Positions 10,519 through 21,055 of a stretch of DNA of 64,000 nt are shown piece by piece. Positions within the stretch are counted from its first letter, which is position 1. Each line of letters begins with the position of its first letter. Below the pieces are notes generated by a model. That model was not told where the DNA came from. It ran no database searches and saw only the letters and a program-made list of their open reading frames with translations. The translations under genes and the position numbers were made by a program. The DNA lies in NCBI GenBank assembly GCA_963748015.1, contig CAVVHE010000005.1, positions 32,001 to 96,000 on the forward strand, given 5' to 3'. This DNA is from Terriglobia bacterium. Its GTDB lineage: Bacteria; Acidobacteriota; Polarisedimenticolia; Polarisedimenticolales; JAIQFR01.

Positions 10519-12724
10519 TCATTGGGTCTGTTGGGGTCGGTTCCGGGCCGCGCCGGACTGGGAATCCAGTTCCGTCAGATGCAGGCGCAGAATGCGGCGG
10601 ACCTCCTCGATGGTGGCTGGCAGGTTCTGGCAGGAGTGTTCGCCGCGCACGACCAGTTCCGACTCGACATAATCCACATGCGCGCTTTGGTACGAGACGA
10701 CGCCGTCCCGGCCCTCGTGGTAATCGCCTCCGCCTTTGACGGGGATGATCGAGTGCGCCTGGATCGCCGGGTCCACGGGAATCTCCGCCAGCCTCAGCAG
10801 CGCGGGGTTCTTCGGCGACATGCTGTCGAGGCTGGTGGGCATCTTGCCCCGGAGAAACTTGTCCACCTCAGAGCCTTCGCTGAGGGTCAGGATTTCTGCC
10901 GTCCTGGAGACCGCGTCGGACGGCAGCGACATCAGCCGCCGGACCAGCCCCCGTGCGAAGCTGCTTGAGAGGTAGCTGCCGCGATGCGGGGTGCTGATGA
11001 AGACCACGCGGCGGACAAATGGCAGCGGGTCCAGGAACAGCAGGTGGCGCAGCCGTGCGCGGTCATCCTCGTCGATTTGCAAGTCCTCGATCCGGTTCGT
11101 GCTCAACATGCTCCAGAGCTGGTCGCCAATGGCCGTGGCGGTGAGTTTGGTGAGAAGGCCGCCCTGGCTGTGGCCGATGATCACCGTGTGGCGCAGCCAG
11201 GCGTTGGTGCCCTCGGGATCCAGTTCCTGGACCTTGGCCGTCAAGGCGTCGCGCAGTTCCCCGGCCGAAACGGGGAGGGGATTCCCGCTGCCATACATGA
11301 AATGCCAGAACTGGCAGCGCTGGCGCAACACGGGATCGCCCGCCAGCGTATTGTTCAGCTCGGCCCAGGTGACCGGACTCGAGAATGTCCCGTGCACCAA
11401 CACCACCGGAATCCGATCGGGCGTGAAAGCATCGATGGCAATCAACTGACTGGGCAACCGCTGGGCCGGCGCCAGGAATTGCATCATGCCCAGGTCCCAA
11501 ACGAACGACTGGTTCAGCACGTGGGCCGCGTGCGTGGTGGTGTCGGTCTCCAGGGGCACCTGGACGCCGTTGACCGCCACGTTGGGTGTTGCCGAACGCG
11601 GGATAAAGTTCCAGCGAACCCGGATGGGTGCCGGCGTCCACTTCGGTCAGTGAACCCGGCAGGCGCAGAAACACGGTCGCGGGCGAGGAGCGACGGATTC
11701 CCAACCCGGGATCGAGTCGTCGAACCGCCAGCAAGGGCGCGCCCACGCCCGGTTCCCGGTTGCGCACGCTCAGGCCGCGCACCCGAAACTGATCCGCCAA
11801 CAGGATCTGGTCGAATTCGTCCAGGCGCGTGGGGAACTGGGTGAGGTCGAGTGTCAGATCGATCTCTCCCACGGGCAGCCGGCGCCGACCATCGTGCAGT
11901 CGAACGACTCCATTGGTTCCCCTTCGCTCCGTGAGCGCCAGGCCGAGGCCGTAGTTGTAAAAATCGCAGGCCTGGCGGAGGCGGCGATCCAGCGAACCGG
12001 GCGGCGCTTGACCCCCTTCACCGAACAGGAACAGCCAGGCATAGACCGCCGAGCCCAAGTAATAGTCGCGTGCGTCACGGGGATCCCAAGGTTTGACGCT
12101 GCGGCGGATTTGCTCGCCTGCCACGTAGCTCATCTCCGCCAGCGCAAACAGCAGGTCGCGCTCACCGGTCTCCCGGGCCTTCCGGTGAAGCTGGCGAACC
12201 GCCTCGTCCGGATGGCGGGCCGCCAGTGTGTCCAGGTCGAAGCGATGCAGCAGCGCGACCGTGTCGGCACCCGGCTTGCCCGTCAGCAGGGCGTGTTCCC
12301 CCACCTGCGCGTAGGCCTGGCGTGTGGTGACTTTCTCGGTGCCGATGGGCGCGGCGCAGCCGGCGAGCAGGGCGAACGCCAGCGTGGCTGTGGAGACGGG
12401 CAGCGGCGGAAGGCTTTGAAGGGCGTGAGCGAGGGAGGTGGCGAACTCCGAAGTCCGGAGTCCGAAGTGCGAAAGAAACTCGACAACCGAGGACCGGACC
12501 GGGCGAGCGATCGGGGGCATCTCAGCGTTTTGTGCGTCATCGGAGGATTGAACGCCGCGTTTCCCCTCACCCTGGCCCTCTCCCCAAGGAGAGGGAATGG
12601 CGGGCGATGCGCCCCGGAAGGCTGGTGGCACACGTTGCAGGCGCCGCCCGGTACCGTTCGGACCTCGGACTTCAGAATTCCTTCGGCTTTCAGGTCTTCG
12701 GTCTTCGGCATTCACGGTTTTCAT
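10519..12724 (-). CDS. Alpha/beta hydrolase (lipase/esterase-like) lipoprotein, one frameshift near 11590
   Basis: Lipobox LLAGC; IPVVLVHG, GHSQGG nucleophile elbow, FISTPHRGS, DGVVSY and a terminal His (GEHS). ATG overlaps the stop of the DUF4105 gene. Confidence 0.85.
12443..12713. repeat. Imperfect inverted arms of about 58 bp built from GAAGTCC-like 7-mers, enclosing a REP-like palindrome
   Basis: Arms at 12443-12499 and 12656-12713; internal ccctcaccctggccctctccccaaggagaggg at 12564-12595. Confidence 0.7.
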
Positions 12725-13785
12725 AGATCGATGCCCGGCAGTCCACGGCGGATCTGTTGCGAGAAGTCGGACGACGCGTCCGCCGCCTGCGCGCGCTCGT
12801 TGATGCGGCAGCGAGGCTTCAGTTCGGCCATCGGCAGACTTGCGGCAAGGGCGCCCCGCTCGTGCAGCATCTCGTTGCCGTAACCGTTCACCAACATCCG
12901 CCAGTCCCACGGTGCACGGTCGGTGGCGGCCCGCTGCGTGCGGATGCTGGTGGTGCAGTTATGGGTGATCGCGCTGTACCACTCCGGCCGCTGGTGCAGG
13001 TCATTGACGCGACGCACATAGTCGAGAAAGAACGCGCGCACCTGTTCGGGAGAGCCACGCAGGCGGTACAGATAGACGTCCTCACCCTGCCGGTAATTGG
13101 TCCGCAGCCGGACCAGGTCGCGCTCATCGGCGACGAGGTAAATCAACTCAAACTGGCGGAACAACCCTTTGATCGCGGAGTAGCCTTCGCCCTTTTCCTT
13201 TCGGGTTTCGATGGAAAAACAGACGTAGTCGCCGCCCTCGAACCCGAAGCTCACCATCGTGTGCGCCATGTTGGGTGAGCCCCAATAGACCATGAAGAGG
13301 TCCGCGGTCCGGAGTTTCTCGAGGTCGAAGGTCTTGTCGTAGTGCCGGACGTCGAAGTCGGTTTCGGTGCGGTAGTCGCAGTTGCGGATGTTGTGAAGAG
13401 TAACCTGGTCGCCATTGAGGTCGGCGTAGGGCAGCACGGCCAGGTCCGGCTGCCAGTCGCGGTCGTTCGAGGGCTGCAGCGAGAACCACCAGGCGAGCGC
13501 CAGCGTGAAGGCGCCGACGATGAATCCCGCCGCAAGCCAGCGGCGTTTGACCACGACGCAGACCGTTAGCAGGGCGAGCAGATATCCCAGAGCCAGGGGC
13601 GCTCGCAGCCAGGGAATGCGAACATCGAAATAGAGCGCCGCCGTCGCCCACGCCGTCAACAGGGCCAGGGCGCACGCGCCGACAATCGTGAACAGCCCTC
13701 GCAGCCAGCGCCGCGGAAGTGGCGAGCGGGCAGGGGGCGCCGCAGAGGTTGGGCCGGGCTGGCTTGTCATGACGTGCTCATCCAT
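12721..13785 (-). CDS. DUF4105 (Lnb N-terminal-like) membrane protein
   Basis: Three N-terminal TMs; WQPD..HNIRNCDYRTETDF, AHTMVSFGF, SIETRKEKGEGYS, DERDLVRLRTNYR, YSAITHNCTT. Confidence 0.8.
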   Translation of the reverse strand: MDEHVMTSQPGPTSAAPPARSPLPRRWLRGLFTIVGACALALLTAWATAALYFDVRIPWLRAPLALGYLLALLTVCVVVKRRWLAAGFIVGAFTLALAWWFSLQPSNDRDWQPDLAVLPYADLNGDQVTLHNIRNCDYRTETDFDVRHYDKTFDLEKLRTADLFMVYWGSPNMAHTMVSFGFEGGDYVCFSIETRKEKGEGYSAIKGLFRQFELIYLVADERDLVRLRTNYRQGEDVYLYRLRGSPEQVRAFFLDYVRRVNDLHQRPEWYSAITHNCTTSIRTQRAATDRAPWDWRMLVNGYGNEMLHERGALAASLPMAELKPRCRINERAQAADASSDFSQQIRRGLPGIDL

Positions 13786-13793
13786 ACACGAAT

Positions 13794-13846
13794 CCCCTCA
13801 CCCGCCCTCTGGGCACCCTCTCCCCGGGGGAGAGAAGGGGTGAGGG
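13794..13846. repeat. REP-like palindromic element (CCCTCACCC..CCCTCTCCC family)
   Basis: cccctcacccgccctctgggcaccctctccccgggggagagaaggggtgaggg, with complementary ends ccctcaccc/gggtgaggg; same family as 12564-12595. Confidence 0.65.
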
Positions 13847-13888
13847 CGAGCCTCGGTTTCATGGAGAGTTTCCTGCGTGGATGCCGTC

Positions 13889-14980
13889 TTACTGTGCCGG
13901 GATGGTGATGAGCGGCAGGCTTTCCTTCTGGCCCGTATCCGAGAGCGTGAACAGCATGAGCATGAAGGTGAAGGCCCGTTTGCTGTTGAGATCGCGGTCG
14001 TCAATCCAGAACCAGGCGTTCCGGTAGGAGACGGCCACAAACGCATCGCCCGGTTTGCCGGTTGAACTGTGGATGCGCACCAGGCGCGGCGCGCTTTCCG
14101 GCTCGGCCTGCGTCTCAAGGCCGGGCGTGGCGCGTCCCTCCGCCACATCCTCCGGCGGCACCTCCACCTGCGCTGACATGGTGCTCATGATGTGCAGAAG
14201 CGAGCGGGTGATCACCGCCAGCTCCTTGCCGTGGGCGGGCGTTGCGCCAAACACGAGATGGAACTCCGTTCCCTCCGGATCCAGCCGCAACAACTGTCGC
14301 AACTCGCGGGTTTCGGCCAGAATCGCGTCGTCCACATCCTGGGCCCGGAATGTGAGGATGCTGGTTTGTTGGTCCTGCTTGTCCTGCTTGACCCGCATGC
14401 TGACGGCCCCGGAGCGTTGCAGGCTGCGCAGCAACTCCAGCACCCGGAGGAAGCTGGGGTCGGGCGGCGTCACCCCGCTCACCGAGGTTTCCTGGTTCTT
14501 CAATCCGTTGATCGAGGCGGCGGTGGCCATGAGGACGCCGTCCGCCGGCCAGCCGGACTGGATCATGAAGAAGACCGCTTCGGGCGGCAGCGGCGTCATC
14601 AGGGCCTTGACGAACTGGTTGCCCGTGAGCGGGACGTAGGTGATGGTCGGACGGTCGGTGAATTTTCCGGACGCGCCCAGCGCCAGGCTGTCATCCGTCG
14701 GGGCCGAGACCTGACCGCCGAGGCTCACCCCGGTTTCGAGCGAGTACCCGGCCACGATCTGGCCCACGTCTACGAAGATGGGCGGGTCCAGGTAGCGGAG
14801 CTTGACGATATTGAGCAGCGTCTGCCGCTTCCATGACTCGGAGATCGAACTGCTGTAGTCGCTGCGGTCGCGCGCGACGGTGCCGGGTCCGACGCTCTTG
14901 CACCCGGTGACGAACAGCAGCCCGAACGCCGGGAGCAGCAGGGTGTACAGCAGCACGCTGGTTTGAGTTTTCATCTTCAT
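13889..14980 (-). CDS. Conserved hypothetical lipoprotein
   Basis: 363-aa ORF; lipobox FVTGC; conserved-looking blocks QTLLNIVKLRYLDPPIFVDV, DRPTITYVPLTG, WFWIDDRDLNSKRAF. Confidence 0.75.
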   Translation of the reverse strand: MKMKTQTSVLLYTLLLPAFGLLFVTGCKSVGPGTVARDRSDYSSSISESWKRQTLLNIVKLRYLDPPIFVDVGQIVAGYSLETGVSLGGQVSAPTDDSLALGASGKFTDRPTITYVPLTGNQFVKALMTPLPPEAVFFMIQSGWPADGVLMATAASINGLKNQETSVSGVTPPDPSFLRVLELLRSLQRSGAVSMRVKQDKQDQQTSILTFRAQDVDDAILAETRELRQLLRLDPEGTEFHLVFGATPAHGKELAVITRSLLHIMSTMSAQVEVPPEDVAEGRATPGLETQAEPESAPRLVRIHSSTGKPGDAFVAVSYRNAWFWIDDRDLNSKRAFTFMLMLFTLSDTGQKESLPLITIPAQ

Positions 14981-14989
14981 GTTATGTCC

Positions 14990-15020
14990 CTGCGCCTTTG
15001 CAGCTTCGCGTCCTTGCGTT
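14990..15020. repeat. 8-mer-period repeat arm (complement of the ACGCAAAG family)
   Basis: ctgcgcctttgcagcttcgcgtccttgcgtt; its reverse complement resembles 10413-10440. Confidence 0.5.
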
Positions 15021-15044
15021 AGGGCCTTTCCGTTCCATCCCGAC

Positions 15045-15710
15045 TCAGAGCTGGACGGGCAGCAACACCAGCCGGGCGACGGCGAAGAGGAACGCGAACA
15101 GGCCCAGGGCCACGACGCTCCGCCGTATCCAGAGTTGATCGAACTTCGATGCGGTGCCGCCGCAAAACAGGGCCGAGGCGAGCAGGACGGTGACGAGCAC
15201 GTAACCGCGGGAGGTGCGCCCGGCGTCCCCGGCCTGTTCCCAGAGTCGCAGGCTCTCAGCCTCCGCCGTGTCCGCCTCCACCAGGAGGCGCGGTTGATAG
15301 AGGTTGGTCCCGAACGGGTGTGCCGGGGCGTTGGGATTGTCGAAGGGCTGGGTGGCCAGCCACGCGTTGAAAGCCGTCTTCGCCTCGTCGCGAAAGCGAT
15401 CCGCGTAGAATTCCGCGAGCGCCTGGTTCGAGGCAGCGCGGGCGTTGACGTATTCCGTGAACAACAGGACGTCCGCGAGCTTCATCTGGTAGGACTGGAG
15501 TTCGGCCGCGACCGCGTTGCGGCCCGCCACGGCGGACCGGTTCATCGTGCGCTGGGACACGCCGCCCCACACGGCCGCCTGATAGGAGCACCACGCCGTT
15601 CCCACCGTGGCCAGCGAAAGCAGCAGCAGGCCGATGGGCTCGAACCAGGCATGCCTTGTCGTAGGGTTCGCGGGCGTCGCGCCGTGCCGTGGTTGCTCTC
15701 GCGTGCTCAT
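15045..15710 (-). CDS. Hypothetical membrane protein (3 TM)
   Basis: N-terminal TM LLLLSLATVGTAWCSYQA and two C-terminal TMs; co-oriented with neighbours. Confidence 0.7.
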   Translation of the reverse strand: MSTREQPRHGATPANPTTRHAWFEPIGLLLLSLATVGTAWCSYQAAVWGGVSQRTMNRSAVAGRNAVAAELQSYQMKLADVLLFTEYVNARAASNQALAEFYADRFRDEAKTAFNAWLATQPFDNPNAPAHPFGTNLYQPRLLVEADTAEAESLRLWEQAGDAGRTSRGYVLVTVLLASALFCGGTASKFDQLWIRRSVVALGLFAFLFAVARLVLLPVQL

Positions 15711-15718
15711 GAGAAGGC

Positions 15719-16024
15719 TCAGCGACGAGCCGAGACGCGTGGGGTCGACGGGATGGACGGCATGGGCCGGGGCGTGGGGGTGGGCCGGTAAATCGGCTGT
15801 TCCACGTGCGGCGGGCGTTCGGGCCGGGGGGGCGGCGGCGTGACGATGATGTCCGGGTCGTCGTCGTAGTATCCGCCGTAGTACCAGGGATCGTTGAAAC
15901 CCACGCCGTAAGAGACGCCGCCACTGACACTGCCGCTGCCGCCCGTGCTTTCGCATCCGGCCAGGGCAAGAAGGCCCAGCGCCAGCGCGGCACTGATGGG
16001 GACCGAAGGGTTGAGGACTTTCAT
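15719..16024 (-). CDS. Small Gly/Tyr/Pro-rich lipoprotein
   Basis: MKVLNP..LLALAGC lipobox, then VSYGVGFNDPWYYGGYY and a Pro-rich tail; AAGGAG upstream. Confidence 0.7.
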   Translation of the reverse strand: MKVLNPSVPISAALALGLLALAGCESTGGSGSVSGGVSYGVGFNDPWYYGGYYDDDPDIIVTPPPPRPERPPHVEQPIYRPTPTPRPMPSIPSTPRVSARR

Positions 16025-16025
16025 T

Positions 16026-16928
16026 TCAGTGGGCTCCTTTCGCCTGGTCCGGACTCCATTCGAGAATGCCGATGACCGCCCCGGTCGGATCGGCAATCAC
16101 CGCCAGCCGTCCGTCGAGCAGCTTCGGGTTGGGGGTGATCAACACCCGCCCCCCCAGGGCTTGCGCCTTCGCCACCGCTTCGCTGACACGGGTCACGCGC
16201 ACAAAGGGCAGCCAGTTCGGCCGCACCTCGCTCCGCTCCGGCGGAATCGTCATGACCGCCGCGCGCGCGTAAGCCTCGCTGGTCAGCACGAAATCGTCGG
16301 GCCGGGAAGTGTCCGTGTTCTCGACGATTTCGTAACCGGCGACGGATTGGTAGAATTCACCCGCCTTGCGGGCGTCACCACTTAGCAGTTGCACCCAGAT
16401 CCAGTCTCCGGGCTCGGGCAGGAAATCCTGCGGATCGCCGGAACTGGATCGGATGACGCCGAACACCGCTCCCTCCGGATCCGCGAACACCGCCTGCTCG
16501 CCGCGGTCGGGATACTTCTGTGGTGCGGCCAGCACCTTGCCGCCGGCCTCCCTCACCGCGCGCTCCGCCTTGCGGACGTCGGGAACCGAAATGTAACCCA
16601 ACCAGCGGGGTTTGGCCGCCGTTCCCTCCGGTCGCGGACGTAGGAGGAGGCCGGCCAGTGGACGGTCCTGGTTCCGGGCGATCGTGTAGCCGCCCAGATC
16701 CGTGTAGGTCCACCCGAACAACTGCCCGTAGAACTTCCGCGCCGCCGGGACGTCATCGGTAACCAGGTCGGCCCAGACGAACTTGCCGGGCAACCGGTCT
16801 CCGCCTGCTGTGGACAGCGGCGGCACGCGGGGTTCCGGGGCCGCATCAACCGCGGCCCCGGCGCCCAGCAGCAACGTGAGAGCCGCGCCCAGACACTGGG
16901 AGCGGGAGGGGCAATGCCTGGGGTTCAT
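16026..16928 (-). CDS. Secreted two-domain VOC (glyoxalase/bleomycin-resistance) family protein
   Basis: Signal peptide; GKFVWADLVTDDVPAARKFYGQLFGW, AVFADPEGAVFG, and a second repeat ending AVIADPTGAVIG. Confidence 0.8.
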   Translation of the reverse strand: MNPRHCPSRSQCLGAALTLLLGAGAAVDAAPEPRVPPLSTAGGDRLPGKFVWADLVTDDVPAARKFYGQLFGWTYTDLGGYTIARNQDRPLAGLLLRPRPEGTAAKPRWLGYISVPDVRKAERAVREAGGKVLAAPQKYPDRGEQAVFADPEGAVFGVIRSSSGDPQDFLPEPGDWIWVQLLSGDARKAGEFYQSVAGYEIVENTDTSRPDDFVLTSEAYARAAVMTIPPERSEVRPNWLPFVRVTRVSEAVAKAQALGGRVLITPNPKLLDGRLAVIADPTGAVIGILEWSPDQAKGAH

Positions 16929-16947
16929 GTCGAGGTCGGACGCCGTC

Positions 16948-17559
16948 CTACTTCGAGGATTTGGCGTCGGCTTTCTCGAGGGAGACCGCCAGCGCCTCGG
17001 TGTACGTGACGACGATGGTGTCGCCGATGTGGACTTGTGTCAGCCGCGTCGGATCCTCCACGCGGGCGGTCAGGTAATTGCCGCCCGGACCCTTGAGGGT
17101 GATGGTCTCGGTCGGGCGATCCAGGCCCTCGACGGTGGTGACCACCTTGAACCGGCGCAGACCGCCGCCGGCCGGAGAGGTTCCCTGCGGAGCCCGGCTG
17201 GCGGCTTCCAGCAGGACGATGGGATTCTTCTCCTCGTCGGGTGTGGGCTTGCGCAGTTCCGCCGCGACCGAGACGTAGTAATCCGCCTCGACAAGGTCGC
17301 CGACCTTGACTTCCTTCAGGCGCTTCACCCGCTGGTCCACGGTGAAGGTCACGGTGTTGCCCAGCGGGCCCTTCAAGGTGACCTCGCGGGTCTTGTGATC
17401 GATGGCCTCGACCGACGCGGTGATGCTGACGAGAACGGATTTCTCGACGCCCATGGGTTTGGATGGGGCGGCCGCCTCCTCGGCGGCGGCCAGGTTGAAG
17501 TGCGTCACCGCGGCCAGCAAGAGGCCGCCGAGGAGGAGGGAGTGGATGTTCATTTTCAT
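16948..17559 (-). CDS. Secreted hypothetical protein with two OB-fold-like repeats
   Basis: Signal peptide; ASVEAIDHKTREVTLKGP..VKVGD and TTVEGLDRPTETITLKGP..VHIGD. Confidence 0.7.
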   Translation of the reverse strand: MKMNIHSLLLGGLLLAAVTHFNLAAAEEAAAPSKPMGVEKSVLVSITASVEAIDHKTREVTLKGPLGNTVTFTVDQRVKRLKEVKVGDLVEADYYVSVAAELRKPTPDEEKNPIVLLEAASRAPQGTSPAGGGLRRFKVVTTVEGLDRPTETITLKGPGGNYLTARVEDPTRLTQVHIGDTIVVTYTEALAVSLEKADAKSSK

Positions 17560-17676
17560 GTTTTGTCTTTGTGTTTGATTCCCATCGCTGTTTGTTCCGA
17601 TGGGCCGGTCACTACATTTCTGGCACGAATCCTCGGCCCGCGGGCCAGCCGTTTGCGGCCGGTGCCGGCCCCCAGC

Positions 17677-18294
17677 TCACTTGGCTTCCGGGGACAGGGC
17701 GGTCTCCATCTTGTCCATTTCCTTGAGGGCGGCCTTGATGGCCTTATCCACAAACTGGTGATTCCAGTTGGCGCTGCTGACCGTGCTCTTGATCGCCTTG
17801 ACGCCTCCGGCGGTGATGTCCGCCGCGAGCGCTTGTTGGATATCCCCGAGGTCCGAGAGGAACGGTTTGAACTTCTCGCTCGCCTCCTGGAGCGACGCCT
17901 CCACCTTGTTGTAATTCATTTTGACGGCGTCCAGGCGCTTCTGCGACTTCTTCCGCAAGGCTTCGTTCTTGATGCCATTTACGGTGTCCTGCCAGTCCTG
18001 GAAGTATTTCCGGCCATCGCCGGCCATCCACTGGACCCGCAGTTGCGTCACGGCGGCGGATGCCTCCGTCTTGGCCACTTCCGCGCAGTAGGCGTCGTAG
18101 GCCGGGCGCAAGTCGCCCTTGGTCTGTTTGGTGAGGGCATTCAGGGCGTCCAGCGTGGTCTGGAGTTGAATGGACGTCTTGGTTGTCTCGACATGGGCGT
18201 CCCGGATGCTGCTGGCGAGTTGTTCCTGGCTGGCCTGCGTGGCGGAAGCCAGCAGGGTCACCAGGCCGATGGTTAAACAAAGTTTCTTGTTCAT
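17677..18294 (-). CDS. Secreted coiled-coil protein, DUF2959-like
   Basis: Signal peptide; DLRPAYDAY, KYFQDWQ, FKPFLSDLGDIQQAL..DITAGGV; paralogous to 25929-26603. Confidence 0.7.
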   Translation of the reverse strand: MNKKLCLTIGLVTLLASATQASQEQLASSIRDAHVETTKTSIQLQTTLDALNALTKQTKGDLRPAYDAYCAEVAKTEASAAVTQLRVQWMAGDGRKYFQDWQDTVNGIKNEALRKKSQKRLDAVKMNYNKVEASLQEASEKFKPFLSDLGDIQQALAADITAGGVKAIKSTVSSANWNHQFVDKAIKAALKEMDKMETALSPEAK

Positions 18295-18412
18295 GGTATG
18301 TTGTTCCTCTTGTTTTATTTTGGTTTGTTGTCTTGCACCTGCCGCCGCGCCCCGGTTCACGGGGTCACAACGGCACATCTTTCGCCTGCCGGGGTCCTGC
18401 CTGGCCCCCGGC

Positions 18413-19222
18413 TCAGTATTTCTCTGGCACAAATGCGCGGCCCCTCAAGGTGGCTTCGTCATCGTAGGCCCCTTTCATCGAGCGTTTCGGCAGTTTGACC
18501 TTTTCCCGTGGCACATCCTTGTAGGGAATCAGTTTCAGAATGTGGCGGATGCAGTTGAGCCGGGCCCGTTTCTTGTCGTCCGAGCGCAGGATGTGCCAGG
18601 GCGCCCACCGGGTGTCGGTGGCTTTCAGCATCGCGTCGCGCGCTTTGGAATACTCGAACCACTTGCTGCGGGAGGGCAGGTCCATCGGGCTGAGCTTCCA
18701 CTGGCGCAGGGGATCCTCGAGGCGCGCCTCGAACCGGCGTTTCTGTTCCTTGTCGCTGACTTCGAGCCAGATCTTGATGATCTGGATGCCACCCTGGACG
18801 ATGTAGCGCTCCAACTCGGGACAGACCTTGAGGAAGCCCTCGTATTGCTCGTCGGTGCAAAAGCCCATCACCTTCTCCACCCCGAGCCGGTTGTACCAAC
18901 TGCGGTCGAAGATCACGATCTCGCCGGCCGCCGGGAAGTGTCGGATGTAACGTTGCATGTACATCTGGGACTTCTCCCGGTCGGAGGGGGTGGGCAGGGC
19001 CGTGACGCGGAAGACGCGCGGGCTGACGCGTTCGGTGAGGGCCTTGATGGTGCCGCCCTTGCCGGCGGCGTCGCGGCCCTCGAAGACGATGATGACGCGC
19101 AGGCCCTTGTGCTTGACCCACTCCTGCAGCTTGCAAAGTTCGCCCTGGAGCTTGCGCAGCTCTTTCAGGTATTTCTTGCCCTTCATGTTCTCGGGCTCCT
19201 TGGATGTTGCTTTCTTGCTCAT
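18413..19222 (-). CDS. ppk2: Polyphosphate kinase 2
   Basis: FEGRDAAGKGG (Walker A), IVIFDRSWYNR, WKLSPMD, SDDKKRARLNCI. Confidence 0.95.
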   Translation of the reverse strand: MSKKATSKEPENMKGKKYLKELRKLQGELCKLQEWVKHKGLRVIIVFEGRDAAGKGGTIKALTERVSPRVFRVTALPTPSDREKSQMYMQRYIRHFPAAGEIVIFDRSWYNRLGVEKVMGFCTDEQYEGFLKVCPELERYIVQGGIQIIKIWLEVSDKEQKRRFEARLEDPLRQWKLSPMDLPSRSKWFEYSKARDAMLKATDTRWAPWHILRSDDKKRARLNCIRHILKLIPYKDVPREKVKLPKRSMKGAYDDEATLRGRAFVPEKY

Positions 19223-19300
19223 AAATTGCTTCTCGAACCTTCCTGCCGCTGCCGGTCGGGCACCGGTGCTCCGGCGTCCAGGCTGCGGCGCGGCGCAGCC

Positions 19301-21054
<1,754 letters not shown>

Positions 21055-21055
<1 letters not shown>

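Noticed and set aside
10480..10520. GGACGCAAAG on the minus strand resembling a c-di-GMP-I riboswitch core
   Set aside because: The upstream GCAAAC/GAAA stem and the P2 stem are missing; the motif is explained by the 8-mer repeat family.
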